This document shows positions 62,640 through 64,000 of a stretch of 64,000 nt of DNA, one piece after another. The notes beneath the pieces were generated by a model. The model was not told the origin of the DNA, ran no database searches, and saw only the letters and a program-made list of their open reading frames with translations. Position 1 is the stretch's first letter, and every line of letters starts with the position of its first letter. This DNA is from Gnetum montanum. Its lineage: Eukaryota > Plantae > Gnetophyta. Position numbers and translations under genes: made by a program. The stretch is from the NCBI GenBank assembly GCA_015680685.1, contig MNCI01001867.1, forward strand, positions 53,438 to 117,437, given 5' to 3'.

Positions 62640-64000
62640 AAACTATTTAAAACCTGATCGGTTGCGAAAATAAGAAATTCCTTAAGTATGATTGCCATGG
62701 CAACTCATAGAAGAAGCTCATAGAATTGAAATTGGCTTTATAAAATAGTTGTATTCAAGTTAGTTTAACAAGATTAAAGCATAAGGAAGGATTAAAATCT
62801 ACCTAGTATATGAATTCCATATGGTACGTAAGCTATCTTATGAAAAAGGTTACTAGAAAAGTAAACTAGTTCTACAATTAGGAGTGAAAGTAGTCCTACG
62901 TGTCACACCATTACTTAAAGAAGAAGCTTGAAATTAAGCATTGTTTGTAGAACTGAAACATGGTTTTATTAACAAGTGTATAAGTAGTTCCGCCAAGTTA
63001 GCTTTACTCAGATAGGAAGATTCATATAGTGGAAAAATGGTTCTACTAGAAATCTCACTTTTACCTTTGCTATATTAGCTCATTATGTAGTGCAAGTTTG
63101 TAGAACTTAAAAAGGGTTTTATGAAAGGACTATATAAACAAGCTCCTAAGAAATGCAAGATACTCATCTACACCTTGCCAGGTCAGATATTTTGGTGGAA
63201 AACATAGAATAAAATTTGGTTGTGCAAAGAAAATCAAAAGGCGGTTCTACAAATTAAGTTATCATAAAGTGAGTTTATATGTAGAACTAAAATCCAACAT
63301 CATAAGTAATCTCATTTCTTGCTTTAACAAGTTAGCAATCAAAGTGACATCATATGTTGTAACATGAAAGTTTGAGTTATGTGGTTCATAGAATCAAAAT
63401 TAGGTTCTAATAGCAAATATAAAATTAGCTCTACCATGTTAGTTCCTATGAAGAATAATTCTATAAAACTGAGATTCAACTCTATGAACAGGCTTAAAAC
63501 CAATCCTACAAGTCACATCGTCAAAACATATTAAAATAAGCACGTGTATAGAGTTAAACTTCAGCTCTAAAAGAAATTCTACTTTAACGTTTGCCAAGTT
63601 AGCATTCAAACTGGTGTCAAAAGAGAAATTAAAGTACTTGGCTCTTAGAACCTAAATTAAACTTTATAAAAAGCTTCCTAAGTAGTTCTACTATGTTAGC
63701 TTTAGAAAAAGGACATTGCTTGTAGAGTTAAAATTTGGTTCTACAAGCAAGTGCAAAAATGATTCTACCACATCAACTTTAGAGAGAGAGTGTTACTTAT
63801 AAAGTCAAAATTTAGTTCTATAAGCAACTATGAATGTGACTCTACCATGTTAGCTTGTTCGTAGAACCAATATATGGAGCTCAAATTTAGCTCTATAAAT
63901 GCATTTAAAATTAGATCTACCATATCAGTTCTTGAAGGTTAATTACCCCATTAATTTGAGCTTGTTTTTGAAAGAAAGCTTTAAGGGTTTTTCCATGATA
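62640..64000. repeat. Degenerate array of short inverted motifs (probable transposon subterminal or LTR repeats), runs off window end
   Basis: Many GTAGAAC/GTTCTAC and GCTCTAC/GTAGAG motifs, often as GTAGA..AAATTT..TTCTAC hairpins. Confidence 0.5.

Overview
Land-plant nuclear DNA, possibly a non-seed vascular plant (inference only). Positions 1-39.6 kb are a nest of decayed Ty3/Gypsy LTR retrotransposons. It contains (C) an Athila-type element on the minus strand running off the left edge and (A, B) two head-to-head copies of one Tat-type family. The Tat family has a tRNA-Asn PBS, RT-RH-aRH-INT order and an apparent ~2.2-kb GT-AG intron between protease and RT. It also contains (D) a complete, TSD-flanked, pol-less Athila-type element inserted in that intron of copy A, and (E) a fragment of a D relative. 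D carries gag with a long P/Q/S/Y-rich tail. It also carries an env-like/coiled-coil ORF preceded by what looks like an internal copy of its LTR promoter (GCGATATCGC palindromes plus TATA). The Tat intron likewise has LTR motifs plus a TATA box pointing antisense into a variable cargo segment. Positions 40-64 kb hold a LINE 3' fragment, tRNA-headed SINE-like repeats, a 10-exon DEAD-box helicase gene (RH18/DDX55 type), several tandem arrays and a 5-exon BPP-family basic proline-rich protein gene. All coordinates, alignments and translations outside the supplied ORF track were read by eye.
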